A DNA stretch of 63,992 nt, filler included, from Circinaria calcarea (lineage: Eukaryota): the NCBI GenBank assembly GCA_051942165.1. It is 5 parts of 5 records of this genome, joined end to end, with 100 filler letters (N's around TTAATTAATTAA, not from the genome) between each part and the next. Parts side by side here need not be neighbours in the genome. Positions count along the whole stretch, not along the records: positions 52,748 to 63,992 come from JAVECS010000698.1; 4 more parts are not named here. One strand, 5' to 3'. The notes beneath the pieces were generated by a model. The model saw only the letters and a program-made list of their open reading frames with translations, was not told where the DNA came from and did not search any database. A program made the position numbers and the translations under genes. Position 1 is the first letter of the stretch, and every line of letters begins with the position of its first letter. This document shows positions 59,626 to 63,992 of the stretch, piece by piece.

Positions 59626-60974
59626 ATGATTGCTCTGACCAAATACTCACTTGCCTTGCTAGGCTTCGTTGGCCTCTGCGTCGCCAGGACGGACAATGGT
59701 GCTCAGCGTCCACTGAAGGACGAAGGTCCACAAGACGAAGAACTGGAACGTAAATGGGGTACCGACGTAGGGCTTCGTGCAACCAGTATCAGTGTATTGT
59801 GAGCGCTGACAAGGCTCCTTAGTGGGGGTTTTCCGGGATTGCAACATTCGGCCATTTACCTCATGTTCGGTGCTTGACGAATCCTCAATACCCATTTGAC
59901 ATTGGCATTATCGGCGTGCCATTTGATACGGCTACCAGCTACCGTCCAGGTAAGAAATCGAGTATCCTTGGCGCGAACCAACCACCCCTTCGCAAGATTC
60001 CAGAGAAAATGGCTTAGTTTTGAATGTGGACAGGTGCTCGATTTGGGCCAAGATCCATCAGGGCCGCATCAGCCCGTCATATCACCAGCCGAGGATTCCA
60101 CACGCATGCCGGCGTCAACCCGTATGAATCCTGGGCACACATTATCGATTGTGGTGACATCCCAGTGACTCCCTTTGATAACGCCGTCGCTTTGACGATG
60201 ATGACCGAAGCTTTCCTTGAGCTTGGAGGCCGTGCAACCGCCTTCTCAAGTAACGACAAAGCGGGAAAGCCGCTACCCCGGATCCCTAAGCTGCTAACTT
60301 TGGGCGGAGATCACCTGGTGGCATTGCCCGCGCTGCGAGCTCTTCGGAAGATCCACGGACAGCCTATGGCCCTGCTCCATTTTGACTCACATCTGGATAC
60401 CCTTCGCCCCGATACTTATCCTAGCGCGTGGGAATCGGAGCAGACCAAGTACAATCATGGGACGGTTTTCTGGCAAGCCAGTAAGGAAGGACTGCTCCAC
60501 AACAGTAGCTGCGTTCACGCTGGAATTAACACCAGGCTCAGCGGCGTGAGCTGGGACGACTTTGTAGACGATGACCGCCAAGGCTTCCTGCGAATTCCAG
60601 CCGACGCCATTGAAGAAATCGGAGCGAAAGGCATAATCGACATGATCATGTCCAGAATGGGCGAAGATATTCCGGTTTACTTAAGTCTTGACATTGACGT
60701 CCTCGATCCAGCGTTCGCTCCCGGCACTGGTGCACCCGAACCAGGTGGATGGACGACAAGGGAGTTGGTCAAGATCATCAAGGGTCTGCGGAAGCTTAAT
60801 ATTGTCGGGGCCGACATCGTTGAAGTGGCGCCGGCATATGATTCGGCTGGCTCGGATACAGCTTTCGTGGCCGGCGGTCTTGCTTACGAGATCATCACGA
60901 ACATGGTGAAGCAGGGAGCTATGACGATGGACCAGGATACAGCGGTCCGTGTTGAGGTGAAGACTGAATTGTAA
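59626..60974 (+). CDS. Agmatinase/guanidinobutyrase-like ureohydrolase with signal peptide, 3 exons
   Basis: [20 protein letters not shown]; introns 59767-59822 and 59950-60033. Motifs [70 protein letters not shown]. Confidence 0.93.
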
Positions 60975-62039
60975 GGCGTTGAAGGAACATGGAGCATGGT
61001 CGATAGGCAGGATGACATCGCAGCTGTACGCAAGTGTATCGTAGAGACATCTACCTTTCCCTTTCGTACTGCTTGCAACGCGCAGCTTGCTGGCGGCCTA
61101 ATTCCATGCTTAATTCCATTGCTATAGAATCATCAGCTAGCTTAGATTTCCTCCAAGCACAAACTACTTCTTGAGACCGCTTCTCTTGCCAATCGTGCTT
61201 CATGAATGCTTTGACTCGGTCACCACCTGACGTTGAATTTAGCAACAAGGGTGACTAAATGACACGTGCAAATTCGACTGGGCCGGCTGGCCTGATCCCT
61301 CACGGGTGGGTGATGGAAAGATTCAATCGTGGGGAAGCACGGCTACTTCCCCGGTCGACTCGGATTACGTCAAACGTAGTGGAGGGCCCAAAGCATTCTT
61401 CCCCACGTATTCCTGGTTGATTCGTCAATCCAGTCCCAGTCCGTTGTAGCTGCGTAACGAATGTGACCGTGTCAACCGATGGTGGTAACTCTGACCAAGA
61501 TACTGCTTCCTTCGGCCCAAGCCCGCCAGCTCCTTGGGGCAAACGGGTCGGACCACCCGTCAGCCACGAAGCCAAAGCCCCTGCTGGCTCCTTAGTCCAG
61601 GTCGCCTCCATCCTAAGTACAGCATAAGCAAAGCGAAATACAACGTCGAAAGCAAGTCCAGACAACCCATCAGCCGAGTCTTACGTGAAGAGCCCGAGTT
61701 CAGCAACTTCAGAATGGCCATGATATTCAAGAATGGAAAGTAGCATTTAGCATAGTGGGTGCTCTAGGTTCATGTAGTACTCCAGCCTCGTGTCGTACCA
61801 CATAGCCGGCCATCCGGAGTGAGTTTGTTACCTCTTGAGCCACCATCGATTTGGAATGCCGCAGGATAGTCGATGATGAATAGTAGCGGTGAGAAACATC
61901 CGCAAGTATAACTGCATGTGAAGCTGATCAACATATCAAGATTCATATTGCCCATCAGACGCTTTGGTTCTCCTCTCAACTATAAGCCTCTCATAAAACA
62001 CCAGCCAAACACTCTCGACTAAACTATACATTCCCGAAT

Positions 62040-63162
62040 ATGTCGATCCGTACGCTTGACATGTCGTTGCTTCACTGTGGGATGAAGGGATATGAAGAGC
62101 AATTCTGCCAAGACCTGCTTTCCTGTCTTTCAGAGCAGGGGTTCGTCAAACTCTGCCATCATAGTATTCCGCGAGACGTTGTCGCCGACGCTTTTGCTTG
62201 GGTGGGTATTACTCGACGGTCCAAGCCGTCTCCGGTTTGCACGGCATGTCAGCTGACGTACCTCTAGAACGATCGTTTTTTCAACCTTCCTGTAGAGGTT
62301 AAGAGGAAGATTCAGCATCCACCTCATGCAAACCCAAATCGAGGCTGGAGCGCCATTGGACAGGAGAAGTCCTCGAATATCACTGATTTCGAAAAGGGCG
62401 CGGGACCGGCAGCGGATGTGTTTGACGCAAAGGCATGTATCTTTATATACCGTTGGGTTCATAGTCTGACTAGCCTTGAAGGAAGCTTTCGATGCCGGTG
62501 CAATGGATGACCCTCTCTATGCCAATATGTGGTTGGATGACAGCGAGCTTCCCAAATTCCGGGAATTCTTAGAATCCTTCTACGCCGTTTGCCATCGGGT
62601 CCACATGGAGATTCTTCGCGCACTCGAAGCCGGGTTTCTGGCCCGTGGAATCAAGGTTGATCTCGTCTCGCGGTGCGCAGAGAACGTCAGCGAGCTACGG
62701 CTCAACTACTATCCCGCTATCGACGTCAGCGATATCAAGTCGGGCAAAATGAACCGTATATCTTCACATACCGACTTTGGGACTGTGACCCTGTTGTTCC
62801 AAGACACAGTCGGAGGCCTTGAAGTCGAGAACCAATCGATGCTGGGAACCGGGGCTCACATCCCCGTGGAAGCCAGCTCCAGAACGGAGATGCTCGTCAA
62901 TATCGGAGACAGTCTTCAACGACTAACGAACAACATCCTCACGTCAGTGAGCCACCGTGTGACTATCCCAGTTGGTGCCAAGGAACTCGCCAATGGCAGA
63001 ATCAACGAGAGATACTCAATTGCGTACTTTGCAAAGGTCAACCGAAACCAGTCACTGCTACCTCTCTCCCCCTTTGTCGATGAAGAGCATCCGGCACTGT
63101 ATCCTGACATAACCGCCTACGAGTTGAACCAGACAAAGCTCAAGAAAATCTATGGAGAATAA
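62040..63162 (+). CDS. 2-oxoglutarate/Fe(II) dioxygenase (IPNS/DIOX_N type), 3 exons
   Basis: Motifs GFVKLCHHSI, FFNLPVEVK, HPP..NPNRGWS, KEAFDAG, LRLNYYP, HTDFGTVTLLFQD..GGLEV, VNIGD, SHRV, RYSIAYF. Introns 62202-62267 and 62433-62481 (GC-AG). Confidence 0.93.
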
Positions 63163-63722
63163 AGCCTCAAGGGAGGTCATCATGCAGGTCCATAAATTTG
63201 CACCAAAAGCACCCTGTATCACTATGTCACCTGTTCCAATTACGTGTTGAATCGCATAGCATAGAGGCGTTTGATTTTTTGTTTATTGCGTGATGTAACC
63301 ATAGAAAGCTTGAAATAGAAACAAGGAATGTTTTGGTGAATGCCGACGAACGGACCAAAGCATAGATTAGTATAATCATGCTAACTAGATCTGAGTAAGA
63401 CGTCTCATGGTAGTATCGTAGGTATCGTAGTATCAAGGACTGCCAGCGGACAAGAAGCAAATGCAGAAGTCAGGCCATCCACCAACTTTGCATCCTTGGA
63501 AAAGCAACATGACATCATTCATTGGGGGACGGAGTTGCATATTCAGGTGGATGGTATTGGAGGATGGGCGGTCTTGGCGGCTTACTAGGCTGATGGAAGG
63601 ATCCTTATATACCGTCTACTCTGTCCTTTCTGCGGTTAACTCCCATCTTCGCCGAGCAGTCTACCCAGCGGCACTATCCATACTCGGTCTTTTAATATTT
63701 TCTCACAGCCTCCACCATCATC

Positions 63723-63992
63723 ATGTCACTCCATTCCACCGAGACGATGAGCAAGGCAGGTCTCCTGCGTTCCAGCGCCCAAGGCTTCTGCGAGGCTTTG
63801 TTTGGCGGTTCCACGCTACCGGCCCAGATGCTCGACACCTACTTCACATCCGATGCGAAGATCACCGAGCACGGTCAGACCTGGGTCGCTGAACGCCTCC
63901 CCTTTGTCGGCAAAACATTCCATGGCCGGCGGGCTACCTCGGACAAGACTGTCCACGACACCAGCTGCGACGAATACTTTGACCTTCTCGGG
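63723..63992 (+). CDS. 5' partial SnoaL/NTF2-like fungal protein (runs off window)
   Basis: MSLHSTETMSKAGLLRSSAQGFCEAL...YFTSDAKITEHGQTWVAERLPFVGKTFHG...CDEYFDLL. Frame open to the window end. Confidence 0.6.
   Translation, partial: MSLHSTETMSKAGLLRSSAQGFCEALFGGSTLPAQMLDTYFTSDAKITEHGQTWVAERLPFVGKTFHGRRATSDKTVHDTSCDEYFDLLG

Overview
Fungal (filamentous ascomycete, Pezizomycotina-type) genomic DNA with spliceosomal introns. The window is five separate contigs joined by an artificial 100-nt spacer (44 N + TTAATTAATTAA + 44 N). Their lengths fall in descending order (>=13114, 13092, 13084, 13057 nt, then a truncated fifth), so gene adjacency only means something within a contig. Contig 1 (1-13114): TFIP11/Ntr1-like splicing factor, a large low-complexity hypothetical protein, glycerol kinase, and a tiny spliced Cys/His-rich gene. 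Contig 2 (13215-26306): Hva1/TUDOR-like microprotein, a frameshifted FAD monooxygenase, a P450 inactivated by RIP-like mutations, a PTH11-like rhodopsin-domain protein, an intact UbiA-type terpene cyclase-like gene and a secreted Kex2-site protein, which together suggest a decaying terpenoid cluster. Contig 3 (26407-39490): membrane protein, fructosamine kinase, a lipase(SesB-like)-NACHT-WD40 NLR, an MFS transporter with a nonsense codon, and a partial MATE-like transporter. Contig 4 (39591-52647) is the most interesting. It holds a compact four-gene locus: a ~60-aa microprotein missed by the ORF track, a NOD-less kinase-TPR protein, a CorA-like two-TM protein lacking the GMN motif, and a kinase-HeLo-like-pseudokinase fusion (RIPK3+MLKL-like architecture). 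The locus is flanked by a RIP-destroyed ERG6 relic and a probable HET-gene relic, and is a candidate undescribed fungal immunity/cell-death module. Contig 5 (52748-end): secreted beta-propeller (gp70-like), ABM protein, secreted agmatinase-like ureohydrolase, 2OG-Fe(II) oxygenase with a GC-AG intron, and a partial SnoaL-like gene. All family calls come from reading motifs by eye; no database searches were run.
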